Source: Candidatus Omnitrophota bacterium (GTDB lineage: Bacteria; Omnitrophota; Gorgyraeia; Duberdicusellales; 4484-171). Taken from it: 64,000 nucleotides of DNA. Both the position numbers and the translations under genes were made by a program. Below the pieces are notes generated by a model that had not been told where the DNA came from, did no database searches, and saw only the letters and a list, made by a program, of their open reading frames with translations. The stretch lies in the NCBI GenBank assembly GCA_037146775.1, contig JBAWWL010000001.1, positions 133,464-197,463 on the forward strand. Direction: 5' to 3'. Positions 49,426 through 58,846 of the stretch are shown piece by piece; within the stretch, counting starts at the first letter, position 1; each line of letters begins with the position of its first letter.

Positions 49426-49647
49426 CTTACCCCCTTATATATAACAATAATATACCTTTTTGCAAAATAGGTTGCAAGCATTTTTTTATGGTCGTGTATA
49501 TTCTTTTGTCTTGCAAAATAAATCTACGCAGGTGTTGTGTAAAATTTTTTTATGTTTTATAGTGCGTTTTTGTAAATATACGGTAAAATATTTTACAGTG
49601 GACGGAATAAACATATTGAGTTGGTTTGTTAAGAAGGGGGGGGCTGC

Positions 49648-50013
49648 ATGATGAAGAGGATTTTGTTGGGAGTGGCTTGTCTCGCGTTAATTCTTAATTC
49701 TTTTGTTGCATATGGCCAGAATAAAGAATTTACTAAGGAGCATCTTGTCGGGCTTGCAACGCAAGCGGTAAAGGCAAAAGGGCTTGACATCAACGAGGTA
49801 GACATCATCTATGATGAAGGTGGAAAACTTTGGGCGCAAAGGCTGGGAACGGTACGTGCCGAGAATACTTCTCCAAATTACGGAATATTAAAAGAAGGTT
49901 TTTTAAAAAACTACCGGATAGTATTTTTTGATTTTAAAGAACCACTTAATGATGTGTGGGTTTTTATAGATAAAGACAGTGGTGAGGTTTTTGCCGTTTA
50001 TCAAGAACCGTAA
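49648..50013 (+). CDS. Hypothetical exported protein
   Basis: Signal peptide ending AYG; C-terminal VFIDKDSGEV (PepSY-like). Confidence 0.6.
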   Translation: MMKRILLGVACLALILNSFVAYGQNKEFTKEHLVGLATQAVKAKGLDINEVDIIYDEGGKLWAQRLGTVRAENTSPNYGILKEGFLKNYRIVFFDFKEPLNDVWVFIDKDSGEVFAVYQEP

Positions 50014-50122
50014 GCTTTTTGCTTTGTTTTCTGTGAGGGCGTTTTTTTTGGAGGGGACTATGGGCTGCGTTGGTATTTTTGAACGTGGTTAGGAGGGGTA
50101 TTCAAAGAGAAAGGAATAAACA

Positions 50123-50923
50123 ATGAGAAAGATCGTCTTGTTCGCGATAGCGCTTTTCATGTTTTTTGTGTGCAATGCTATTACCCAGGCAACTAATGAT
50201 ATTGCCGACGTAGTCGAGAATATCCGTGATAAAGTTTCAATAACTTTTGATGCGATTGACAATGATATGTCTCGGGCTGCACGGGAAATTTATCCGGCTG
50301 CCCGGGAGGGTTATGATACGCGAAACGTATTGAGCAGCCTTTATAAGGCGCATAAGAATATAGTGGATTGTGCCTTTGTGGATAGCGAAGGAGTGATAGC
50401 TGTCGTTGAGCCGGAGGCATACAAGAACTTTCAGGGGCAGGATATCAGCCGGCAGGAGCACGTGCAGCGATTACACCAAACGCAGAAGCCGCTGATGAGC
50501 GAGGCTTTTCTTTCTGTAGAAGGATTCCGTGCGGTAGATATTGCGTATCCCGTATTTAAGGCCGGGGCTTTCGCCGGTTCCTTGAGTATGTTGTGCGAGC
50601 CCCATATTTTTCTTTCAGGCATTATCACCCCGCTTATAAAAGGAGATAACATCGAGGTGTGGGTCATGCAGAAAGACGGTATGATTCTGTACGATCGAAA
50701 CGCAGAGGGTATCGGGAAAAATATCTTTACCGACAATGACTATCAAAATTTCCCCCAGTTATTAAATTTAGCGAAAAGAATTTCGCGGGAACGCGAAGGC
50801 CAGGGAAACTATACATTTTGGCAGGATGGGTTTGCGAAGCCGGTACAAAAAAATGCGTGCTGGGCGACCGTGGATTTTCACGGTACTCAGTGGCGCATTG
50901 TTGTGGCGGCAGCACAGCCTTAG
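50123..50923 (+). CDS. Stand-alone extracytoplasmic Cache (dCache-like) domain protein
   Basis: Signal peptide, FVDSEG, G.DIS.QEH, IAYPV, DGMILYD, WRIV; no C-terminal TM or output domain. Confidence 0.72.
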   Translation: MRKIVLFAIALFMFFVCNAITQATNDIADVVENIRDKVSITFDAIDNDMSRAAREIYPAAREGYDTRNVLSSLYKAHKNIVDCAFVDSEGVIAVVEPEAYKNFQGQDISRQEHVQRLHQTQKPLMSEAFLSVEGFRAVDIAYPVFKAGAFAGSLSMLCEPHIFLSGIITPLIKGDNIEVWVMQKDGMILYDRNAEGIGKNIFTDNDYQNFPQLLNLAKRISREREGQGNYTFWQDGFAKPVQKNACWATVDFHGTQWRIVVAAAQP

Positions 50924-50939
50924 CCACTTTTTATCTAAG

Positions 50940-51557
50940 ATGCTTTCTACCTTTATAACGAAACAATTGCAAATGTTATTGTATGGTTGCGTGTGTGTTG
51001 CGTTCTCGTTTGTTCTGTTTGAGGGGCATGCCCAAGATGCGCTTCAAGAGGGCACAAAAGAAAAACCGATATCGCTAGAGGAAATAAAAAATACTTTTGT
51101 TAATACCCTTAATGAATTGGAAACGCAAAAAGCCCAGCGCGCTCAACAGTTAGATGCCCAGTTGCAGGCGAAATTACAGTCTGTGCTTAACGAGTGGATT
51201 GAGTCGGCCAAGCAGAGTAAAGAGCGGGAGCTTAATAAACTGACGCACAACACATGGAAGAATGCGTTGATGCTGATTTCGCCTATGCCGTATGATTATT
51301 ATCTGCGTAGTTACGAATATGCTATTGCCGCGGCCGATATTATCAAAAAAGATTCGCCCTTGGCTTCTTATGGTGCGTCGGCCCAGGTCATTGAAAAACT
51401 TTGTATTGAACGTTACCACTCCGATGCAGTTTCTAGCCTTGAGCCGTATCTACATACGGTCAGTACATCCATTAAGTTGCAATTAACCTACGACGGAGAC
51501 ACATTTATTATTAAGGAAATCGAATACGGGCAGTCCAGTATCGGGCAGGGTTGGTAA
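50940..51557 (+). CDS. Hypothetical exported protein
   Basis: Hydrophobic N-terminal segment, then coiled coil; start uncertain. Confidence 0.5.
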   Translation: MLSTFITKQLQMLLYGCVCVAFSFVLFEGHAQDALQEGTKEKPISLEEIKNTFVNTLNELETQKAQRAQQLDAQLQAKLQSVLNEWIESAKQSKERELNKLTHNTWKNALMLISPMPYDYYLRSYEYAIAAADIIKKDSPLASYGASAQVIEKLCIERYHSDAVSSLEPYLHTVSTSIKLQLTYDGDTFIIKEIEYGQSSIGQGW

Positions 51558-51578
51558 TTGTAGAAGAGAGACGTAGAA

Positions 51579-52133
51579 ATGTTTTTTGTCGCGAGACAAC
51601 ATAAAAAATTGACAGTAGTATTATTTATGCTGGGGTTTATTTTTAACGCGAATTTATATGCGCAGCCACTTACATCTTATGAAGAAAAATTTTATGAAGG
51701 AAACAATTATTATCATCAACAAAAATATGATGAAGCAATCAGGGCGTTCAGTAAAGCTGTCGAGTTAAACCCAACGTTTGCCGAAGCTTATAACAATCGC
51801 GGCAACTGTTATAAGGCAAAAGGCAACAGTAATCACGCCATTCTCGATTATAATGAAGCTTTGCGCTGGGCGCCTACGAGCGCTCAATTTTATGTTAACA
51901 GAGGCAGGGTCTATCTTGATCAGGAAGAATTAGGTAAGGCTTTCGCTGATTTTAGCAAAGCTATAACGCTCGATTGCAACTGTGCCGACGCTTATAGCAG
52001 TAGAGCAATTGTTTATTCTTTGCAACGCGAGTATCGTAAAGCGTGGCACGACGCTAATCATGCAGTATCATTAGGCGCTCAGATTGAAGAAAGTTTTGTG
52101 CTTAAGTTGAAAAAACTTTCCAGTGAGGAATGA
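51579..52133 (+). CDS. Exported TPR protein
   Basis: Signal peptide, AYNNRG/FYVNRG TPR repeats. Confidence 0.85.
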   Translation: MFFVARQHKKLTVVLFMLGFIFNANLYAQPLTSYEEKFYEGNNYYHQQKYDEAIRAFSKAVELNPTFAEAYNNRGNCYKAKGNSNHAILDYNEALRWAPTSAQFYVNRGRVYLDQEELGKAFADFSKAITLDCNCADAYSSRAIVYSLQREYRKAWHDANHAVSLGAQIEESFVLKLKKLSSEE

Positions 52134-52187
52134 CCGTAGGTATAAATTCGTATTTCGTATAGCATCAAATCTTTGCATATATATTTT

Positions 52188-52559
52188 ATGGAAAACGATA
52201 AGCGAAAGGCAAGCCGTATAAAAAAACCACTGGTAGTGCAATATAGCCGTGACGGCAAAACGTGGGATATCTCTCACGTGCGTGATTTTAGCGAAACGGG
52301 CATGCAGATTACCACTACTGAAATTCTTAAGGCGGGTATAATTTTAAAGTTTCGTGTTATAATTCCGCTAGAACCATTTGATTGGTTAGAGTTTTCCGGA
52401 AAGGTGATCGTCTCTTCAGATTTAGAAGCTCCTTCCGGTACCTTGATGCCCGATTCCCATCTCACCAGGATAGAATTTATCCGTATAACAGATATACAGA
52501 AAAATTTGATGCAAAAATATATTGAATGGTTTTCCAAAAGAAAAAATAGCGAAACGTAA
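52188..52559 (+). CDS. PilZ domain protein
   Basis: KRKASR, DFSETG. Confidence 0.75.
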   Translation: MENDKRKASRIKKPLVVQYSRDGKTWDISHVRDFSETGMQITTTEILKAGIILKFRVIIPLEPFDWLEFSGKVIVSSDLEAPSGTLMPDSHLTRIEFIRITDIQKNLMQKYIEWFSKRKNSET

Positions 52560-52649
52560 CAACTATTCCTGCAGGTAGCGGTAATGGCCTGCGGGGTCAG
52601 ATGGCACGAAGTTATTGATAACGCCAGAAATCTGTGATATGATAAAACC

Positions 52650-53099
52650 ATGTTAGAGGAAAAAATTTATAAAGATTACATAGAGGCGTTAAAAGCAAAA
52701 GACAAGCATAAAACTGTTTTCTTGAGCTTTATGCGGGCGGAGCTTAAAAACAGCGCTCTTGCGCTTAAGAAGGATAAATTAGAAGACAATGAAGTGTTGG
52801 CTGTTTTTAAGAAACAGAAGAAACACCTTGAAGAAACAAAAGAAACGATTTCTTCTTCCGGCAGGGTTGACGCCATTAGCGAAGTAGAGCGTGAGCTTTC
52901 TCTGCTTGACGAATACTTACCTGTATCGCTTTCCGACAGTGAGCTTACGGTGATTATTGATCAGGTGATAACCGAAATTGGCGCTACCTCGGTTAAGGAT
53001 ATGGGTAGAGTAATGAAGCAGGTTATGGCAACGGCAGGTGCCCGGGCAGACGCGAAAAAAGTAAGCGACCTGGTTAGAAAAAAGCTTGTCCCTGCCTGA
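52650..53099 (+). CDS. GatB/YqeY domain protein
   Basis: ALKAKDK, EYLP.LS..EL, KDMGRVMK. Confidence 0.9.
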   Translation: MLEEKIYKDYIEALKAKDKHKTVFLSFMRAELKNSALALKKDKLEDNEVLAVFKKQKKHLEETKETISSSGRVDAISEVERELSLLDEYLPVSLSDSELTVIIDQVITEIGATSVKDMGRVMKQVMATAGARADAKKVSDLVRKKLVPA

Positions 53100-53153
53100 G
53101 TTTTTTAATACCCTGACAGATAAATTTTTTTGTCGTGGCGCTATGGATAATAC

Positions 53154-53185
53154 AAAAGCCGCTTTTTTAAAAAGCGGCTTTTTTT
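53154..53185 (+). terminator. Intrinsic (probably bidirectional) terminator
   Basis: aaaagccgcttttt / aaaaagcggctttt plus U-run. Confidence 0.75.
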
Positions 53186-53279
53186 CTTTCTTCGTTGTCT
53201 TTTTTGCGAGTTATGGGGCATATCGCTTGAGCGCAAGTTTTTTTTGATTAGAAAGCCAATTTTCGTTATAATAAGGATC

Positions 53280-53795
53280 ATGGACAAGAGGGTATTGCGT
53301 ATGAAAAAATATGAACTTGCGGTTTCTCCGCATAAAAAATATATGCGGCTTGCGCTGAAAGAGGCAAAGAAGAATTTGACTCGTATGCATGGAGGGCCTT
53401 TTGGCGCCTGTATTGTTAGGGGCGGTAAAGTCATAGCTCTCGGCCATAACAGCGTACTTACTAATGATCCTACGGCTCATGCAGAAATAAACGCGATACG
53501 CAGCGCGGCAAAAAAGCTTAAAAGCTACGATTTGTCCGGTTGTATTATTTATTCTACTACCGAGCCCTGTCCGATGTGCTTTTCCGCTATCCATTGGGCA
53601 CGCATCGATGGCATTGTCTACGGTAATGCTATTGCTGATGCGAAAAAAATAGGATTTCATGAGCTCGGTATTTCTGCCAAAGCCATGAAGCGGCTTGGCA
53701 GAAGTTCTGTAAAAGTTATCGGTGGATTTTTGCTGCCGGAATGTAACCGTATTTTTCGCAGCTGGGCTTTGTTGGCAAATAGGGTAGTGTATTAA
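53280..53795 (+). CDS. guaD: Guanine deaminase-like nucleoside deaminase (CDA fold)
   Basis: GGPFGA, NDPTAHAE, EPCPMCFSAIHWAR; start 53280 or 53301. Confidence 0.8.
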   Translation: MDKRVLRMKKYELAVSPHKKYMRLALKEAKKNLTRMHGGPFGACIVRGGKVIALGHNSVLTNDPTAHAEINAIRSAAKKLKSYDLSGCIIYSTTEPCPMCFSAIHWARIDGIVYGNAIADAKKIGFHELGISAKAMKRLGRSSVKVIGGFLLPECNRIFRSWALLANRVVY

Positions 53796-53876
53796 TTTAA
53801 CGTATTAAGGGTTGTACACATAGTTTGGCGCGAACGTAGTGTTATTAAAAATTTTATTCCGTAAAGGCGGTGTAAC

Positions 53877-55832
53877 ATGATACATAATTTATATTTTCAA
53901 CGCATAAAGGTGGTCTTGTTCTTTGCCGCTTTTATTTTTTTCCTTTTTGGCGGAAATACTTGTTTTGCCCAGGAGAGCGAACGCATCTCGGCGTTTAAAA
54001 GCGATATACAGGTTTATAAAGACGGTTCCATGTCTGTTACCGAAACTATTACTGTGCAAAGCGCTGGTGTGTCTATCCGGCACGGTATTTATCGTGACTT
54101 TCCTGTTACTTATAAGGATAAGCTTGGCAATTCCTATACGGTTGATTTCAAAGTAACGAGTGTGTTGCGGGATGGTATGCATGAGCCTTATCACCTTCAG
54201 CCACTCTCCAACGGCGTACGCATTTATATGGGGCGAAAGGACGCGTTGTTGGCTGCCGGACAGTATACTTACGTCCTTACCTACGAAACAAACCGGCAGC
54301 TCGGCTTCTTTAAAGATTTCGACGAGTTGTACTGGAATGTGACTGGAAATGGCTGGGCCTTTACTATTGAGGAGGCAGAGGTGAGAATAAGGCTCCCTGA
54401 CGGCATATCCAGAAAAGTTCGTCTTATGGATGGCTATACCGGTTATCAAGGCTCGCGAGAAAAAAACTTTTCAGCATCGCGGGATGAATTTGGAAGAATC
54501 ATTTTTACAACTACGCAACCGCTCGGGCCTCGGCAAGGGTTGACTATCGCGGTTTCTTGGCCTAAAGGCTGCATCAGCGAACCAACCATGCAAAAGAAGT
54601 TATTTTATTTTCTAAGCGACAATCGAGGTTTATTTGTCGGCCTTCTGGGGATATTGCTTTTGTTTGTATATTATATGACGGTATGGTCCAGGGTAGGCAA
54701 GGACCCGGCATCGGGCACTATCGTGACATTATACGATCCTCCGGCAGGATTTTCTCCTGCCGCAATGCGCTATATTATGAAAATGGGTTACGACAATAAG
54801 GTGCTTACTGTGGCAGTTATTAACATGGCAGTAAAAGGATATCTTTCTATTTCTGAGGCTGATGGCGTGTTTACGATTAAAAAGAACAACGCGGATGTTT
54901 CGACGCTCACGGGCGAGGAGCGAGTTATCGCCGGTCAATTGTTGGGTCCAGACACGGCTCTTGAGCTAAAAAATACAAACCACGAAATTGTGAGCGCCGC
55001 TATCCGCAATATGAAACGTTCGCTTCAGCAGAGCTTTGAGCGAATATATTTTAATACTAATAAAGACTACTTTTTCAAAGGGCTTATCTTGTCCGCCGTT
55101 ACGGTTTTAGGAAGCGCTGCCTTAGTTTGCGTCGAGAAGTTACCCATAGCTATCTTTATGAGCATATGGTTGAGTTTTTGGTCTTTGGGGGTTACTGCTT
55201 TACTGATGCAGGTGTTTTCTTTGTGGCGGCAGATTTTTACCGCTAATCTTAAAAAATCGTCCCTGCTGGGGCAGGCAGTTTTCTTGAGTTTATTTTCCTT
55301 GCCGTTTGTGTGTGGGGAAATTATCGGCATTGGAGTACTAACTTACGCAGTATCGCCTGCGGTAGCAATACTTTTTTTGCTGGTAGCCGTAATGAATATT
55401 TTATTTTATCACTTGCTTAAAGCTCCAACGATTCAAGGCAGAAGAATCATGGATAAAATCGAAGGGTTTAAGGCGTATCTTGCGGCGGTAGAAAAGGACC
55501 GGCTCAATGTTTTATATCCTCGGGAAAAAACACCCGAGCTGTTCGAACGCTATCTGCCCTACGCATTTGCTCTCGACGTAGAACAGGCTTGGAGCGAGCA
55601 ATTTGCTGCGGTACTTGCTTCCGCTGGCAGTACCGGCCAGACATATCATCCACGCTGGTATACGGGGAGTTCTTGGAGTTCTTTCGGGGCTTCGAATTTT
55701 GCATCTAGCCTGGGGGCCTCTTTAGGCAGTGCCATAACATCGTCTTCGGCTGCTCCTGGTTCGTCTTCCGGCTCCGGCGGTGGAGGCAGCTCGGGCGGCG
55801 GCGGTGGCGGCGGTGGTGGCGGCGGCTGGTAA
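53877..55832 (+). CDS. DUF2207 membrane protein
   Basis: GIYRDFP, DELYWNVTG, ERYLPYAFAL, Gly-rich tail ending GGGGW. Confidence 0.88.
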   Translation: MIHNLYFQRIKVVLFFAAFIFFLFGGNTCFAQESERISAFKSDIQVYKDGSMSVTETITVQSAGVSIRHGIYRDFPVTYKDKLGNSYTVDFKVTSVLRDGMHEPYHLQPLSNGVRIYMGRKDALLAAGQYTYVLTYETNRQLGFFKDFDELYWNVTGNGWAFTIEEAEVRIRLPDGISRKVRLMDGYTGYQGSREKNFSASRDEFGRIIFTTTQPLGPRQGLTIAVSWPKGCISEPTMQKKLFYFLSDNRGLFVGLLGILLLFVYYMTVWSRVGKDPASGTIVTLYDPPAGFSPAAMRYIMKMGYDNKVLTVAVINMAVKGYLSISEADGVFTIKKNNADVSTLTGEERVIAGQLLGPDTALELKNTNHEIVSAAIRNMKRSLQQSFERIYFNTNKDYFFKGLILSAVTVLGSAALVCVEKLPIAIFMSIWLSFWSLGVTALLMQVFSLWRQIFTANLKKSSLLGQAVFLSLFSLPFVCGEIIGIGVLTYAVSPAVAILFLLVAVMNILFYHLLKAPTIQGRRIMDKIEGFKAYLAAVEKDRLNVLYPREKTPELFERYLPYAFALDVEQAWSEQFAAVLASAGSTGQTYHPRWYTGSSWSSFGASNFASSLGASLGSAITSSSAAPGSSSGSGGGGSSGGGGGGGGGGGW

Positions 55833-55967
55833 AGGGCTAGTATAATTTCCTGCCAAGTGTGTTTCTCCCAATACTACCTTATAATACATATTATTTATTG
55901 TGCCTTTCCCGGTTATAATTAAAAATTCGACGGCAGTTATTGCCAGGATTCCTAAGAGGGATTTAGT

Positions 55968-55996
55968 TTGACAGGCGCAGGTATATTTACTATAAT
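55968..55996 (+). promoter_or_regulatory. Consensus sigma70 promoter, 8 nt upstream of the lysS ATG (leaderless)
   Basis: TTGACA-17 nt-TATAAT-ctaacaca-ATG. Confidence 0.8.
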
Positions 55997-56004
55997 CTAA
56001 CACA

Positions 56005-57558
56005 ATGAGTATAGAGAAATTAAACAAAATCAGCCAAAACTTTGGGTACCCTTTTCTGGAAACCAGCTTTCCTAAGCCATTGAGTATCAGAGAAATACTG
56101 GATAGTTTTGAGGAGAATAAGGAAGTCAGTGTTGCCGGCAGGTTGATGACCAAGCGGGAACATGGTAAGTCCGGCTTTGCGCATATCTGCGACCACACAG
56201 GTAAAATCCAGTTGTATGCCCAATTGAATATGCTCGGTAAATTGTACGAGCTTTTCAAGGATTTGGATATAGGAGATATTATTGGTATTAAAGGCAAGCT
56301 TTTTAAGACGAGAACCGGAGAGCTTACTGTAGCTACCGAGCATATAGTACTTTTATCAAAAACTCTGCGGCCTTTGCCGGAGAAGTGGCATGGTCTGAAA
56401 GATGTAGAGGTGAAATATCGCCAACGGTATCTCGACTTGATTGCCAACCAGGATACTAAAGAGGTTTTCATAAAGCGTTCCCGGATTATTTCTTTAACCA
56501 GAGATTTTTTTAATAATTTAAAGTACATTGAAGTAGAAACGCCGATGCTGCATCCGATCGCCGGCGGCGCCAGCGGCAGGCCGTTTATCACACATCATAA
56601 CGCAAACGATTTTGACGTATATCTGCGTATAGCTCCGGAATTATACTTGAAACGCCTTTTGGTCGGCGGGCTAGAAAAAGTTTTTGAGATTAACAGAAGT
56701 TTCCGTAACGAAGGTATTTCTACCCGGCATAGCCCCGAGTTCACGATGTTGGAGGCGTATTGCGCCTATGAGCATTATGAATACATGATGAAAGCGTGCG
56801 AAGATCTGTTTTCGTTATTGGCTAAGACCTTGCATGGTTCGCTCCTGGTGCCGTATCAGGGTGGGACGATTGATCTTACCCCGCCGTGGCAGAGAATTTC
56901 TTTCGCGCAGCTGTTTAAGGACGAGTTTGGCATCGAGCCGAGCGATTCACAGGAAATTTTCCTGGAAAAAATTACCAAGCGCTTGAATCTAACTGCCAAG
57001 GGTTTAAGCCGCAGCCAAATTTTAAATATCACGGAAGAATTGATTGAAAAACATTATCCCAAAGATAAACCGGTGTTTATCGTCGACTTTTTTACCTGGA
57101 CCTCGCCGCTGGCAAAAAAGAAAAAGGATAACCCTTATCTTGTCGAGCGTTTTGAGCTGTTTATCGCCGGGCTTGAGGTTGCTAACGCTTATTCGGAATT
57201 GAACGACCCCATAGAACAGCGTCAACGGTTTGAAAAGCAGCTTGAAGTCGAGGAAGAGCTTCCGAAAAAGATAGACAGCGATTTTCTCTTGAGCCTTGAA
57301 TATGCAATGCCTCCGGCTACGGGTTTAGGTATCGGTATGGACCGCTTAGTGATGATTCTGTTAAATCAACCCTCAATACGAGACGTAATCTTATTTCCGC
57401 TTCTCAAGCCTTTACAGGAGACGGAAAACAGAGAACAGGAGACAGAAGAAAAAGGGCAAAGAACAGAGGTCAACGGACAGAAGACAGAAGACGGAGGGCA
57501 GAAAACAGAAGGTAGAGGACAGAGGACAGAAGACAGAGGAGATAAGGCGGATTTTTAA
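56005..57558 (+). CDS. lysS: Lysyl-tRNA synthetase class II, with a repeat-derived C-terminal tail
   Basis: YRQRYLDL, LRIAPELYLKRL, FRNEG, ERFELF, GIGMDRL, ILFP; the last ~48 aa come from the heptamer repeat. Confidence 0.96.
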   Translation: MSIEKLNKISQNFGYPFLETSFPKPLSIREILDSFEENKEVSVAGRLMTKREHGKSGFAHICDHTGKIQLYAQLNMLGKLYELFKDLDIGDIIGIKGKLFKTRTGELTVATEHIVLLSKTLRPLPEKWHGLKDVEVKYRQRYLDLIANQDTKEVFIKRSRIISLTRDFFNNLKYIEVETPMLHPIAGGASGRPFITHHNANDFDVYLRIAPELYLKRLLVGGLEKVFEINRSFRNEGISTRHSPEFTMLEAYCAYEHYEYMMKACEDLFSLLAKTLHGSLLVPYQGGTIDLTPPWQRISFAQLFKDEFGIEPSDSQEIFLEKITKRLNLTAKGLSRSQILNITEELIEKHYPKDKPVFIVDFFTWTSPLAKKKKDNPYLVERFELFIAGLEVANAYSELNDPIEQRQRFEKQLEVEEELPKKIDSDFLLSLEYAMPPATGLGIGMDRLVMILLNQPSIRDVILFPLLKPLQETENREQETEEKGQRTEVNGQKTEDGGQKTEGRGQRTEDRGDKADF

Positions 57559-57679
57559 CTTCTGACATCTGACCTCTGATATCTGATATCTGACCTCTGA
57601 TTTCTGGTATCTGACACCTGACTTCTGACCTCTGACATCTGACCTCTGATATCTGGCTTCTGACATTTGGTATCTGCTC
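57414..57679. repeat. Long heptamer tandem-repeat hairpin: 18 x ACAGARG, 21-nt loop, 17 x TCTGAYH
   Basis: Units counted directly: left 57414-57539, right 57561-57679; the lysS stop lies in the loop. Confidence 0.92.
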
Positions 57680-57691
57680 CCTGGATAATAT

Positions 57692-58846
57692 ATGAGAACA
57701 GAACTATTTTTAGCTCGGCGTTATCTTTTTAGAGGTAAAGCCAAACACATTTCTTTTATCGGCATTATTTCTTGTTGCGGAGTTGCCTTGGGTGTTGCGG
57801 CCTTGATCATTGTTATTTCCGTCATGAATGGTTTTGACCGTGATTTGATGGAGAGGCTGCTTAAATTCAACTACCATCTTAACATAGTAAGCTCTGAAGA
57901 AAAAACACTGCAGTTGACTCAGGAAGTATTGGCTCGGGAAAAAGGGGTGCAGTATACTTCTTTGACGCTCATGACGCAGGTTTTTGCAAAAATGGGAAAA
58001 TATTTTTATCCTTTATACGTTAAGGGAATTGACTTCAGCAATAAAAACGAAATGCACACATTTTTCCCTTATGTAAAACAACATTCCAAGGCCAACGGAT
58101 TCTTTGTCGGTGAAGGGCTCAAAATGAGGTTGTCTTTACAGGATAAGCTGGAATATTATCCTTTGGATAAAGCTTTTAAGCTAAAAGAAGAGGTTATTTG
58201 CGGCACGTTTAAAACCGGACTTTATGATATCGATAACTCTTATATTATCACCGATCTCGAAAAGGCAAAAAGCCTTTCACCGCACTATTCGTTGTCTTTG
58301 GGGGTAAAATTACAAGATCCTTATCGTGCCAATGCTGTGAGAGATATGTTGCGGAAAGAATTTGGCAATGATTTATATATCGGTACGTGGATGGACAACC
58401 AGGTGTTGCTTTCGGCATTGAAATTGGAGAAGCTTACCATGTTTGTATTGTTAAGCTTGATAACGTTAGTGGCCTCGTTTAACATTTTCGCTACGCTTAT
58501 GGTGAAAGTAGTTGAGAAAACCAAAGATATAGGAATTTTAAAAGCGCTGGGATTTACCAACAAAAGGATTTTGCTGGTGTTTAGCCTGCAGGGGCTGCTT
58601 TTAGGCTTCGTCGGCGTTCTCTTGGGTACTGGGTTGGGTTTGGGTTTGTCCCTGCTGCTGGCGAAATATCATTTCATTAAAATACCCGTGGATATTTATT
58701 ACATGGAGTATTTACCGGTTGCCATAAATTACCGCGATATAACATTTATTGGTCTGATAGGGCTTTTGTGTTCCCTGGTTTCAAGTTTGTTCCCGGCGCT
58801 GCGAGCTGCAAATTTCCAACCAAGCGAGGCGCTGCGCTATGAGTAA
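57692..58846 (+). CDS. lolE: Lipoprotein-releasing ABC permease (LolC/E)
   Basis: ISVMNGF, LKLEK, EKTKDIGILKALG, PSEALRYE. Confidence 0.85.
   Translation: MRTELFLARRYLFRGKAKHISFIGIISCCGVALGVAALIIVISVMNGFDRDLMERLLKFNYHLNIVSSEEKTLQLTQEVLAREKGVQYTSLTLMTQVFAKMGKYFYPLYVKGIDFSNKNEMHTFFPYVKQHSKANGFFVGEGLKMRLSLQDKLEYYPLDKAFKLKEEVICGTFKTGLYDIDNSYIITDLEKAKSLSPHYSLSLGVKLQDPYRANAVRDMLRKEFGNDLYIGTWMDNQVLLSALKLEKLTMFVLLSLITLVASFNIFATLMVKVVEKTKDIGILKALGFTNKRILLVFSLQGLLLGFVGVLLGTGLGLGLSLLLAKYHFIKIPVDIYYMEYLPVAINYRDITFIGLIGLLCSLVSSLFPALRAANFQPSEALRYE

Noticed and set aside
28852-53099. Separation of the usually adjacent pairs rpsU/yqeY and lemA/DUF2207
   Set aside because: Explained by ordinary rearrangement; no breakpoint features are visible.
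55745-55832. GGC trinucleotide repeats (also 28405-28456)
   Set aside because: They encode the normal Gly-rich tails of DUF2207 and RRM proteins.
55722-56591. Long antisense ORFs (289 aa here; also 36125-36946, 53889-54449, 62775-63266)
   Set aside because: They shadow well-conserved sense genes (lysS, galT, DUF2207, clpC) and have no recognisable motifs.
57412-57666. Minus-strand 84-aa ORF (MSEARYQRSDVRGQKS...)
   Set aside because: It is simply the translation of the heptamer repeat and is antisense to lysS.
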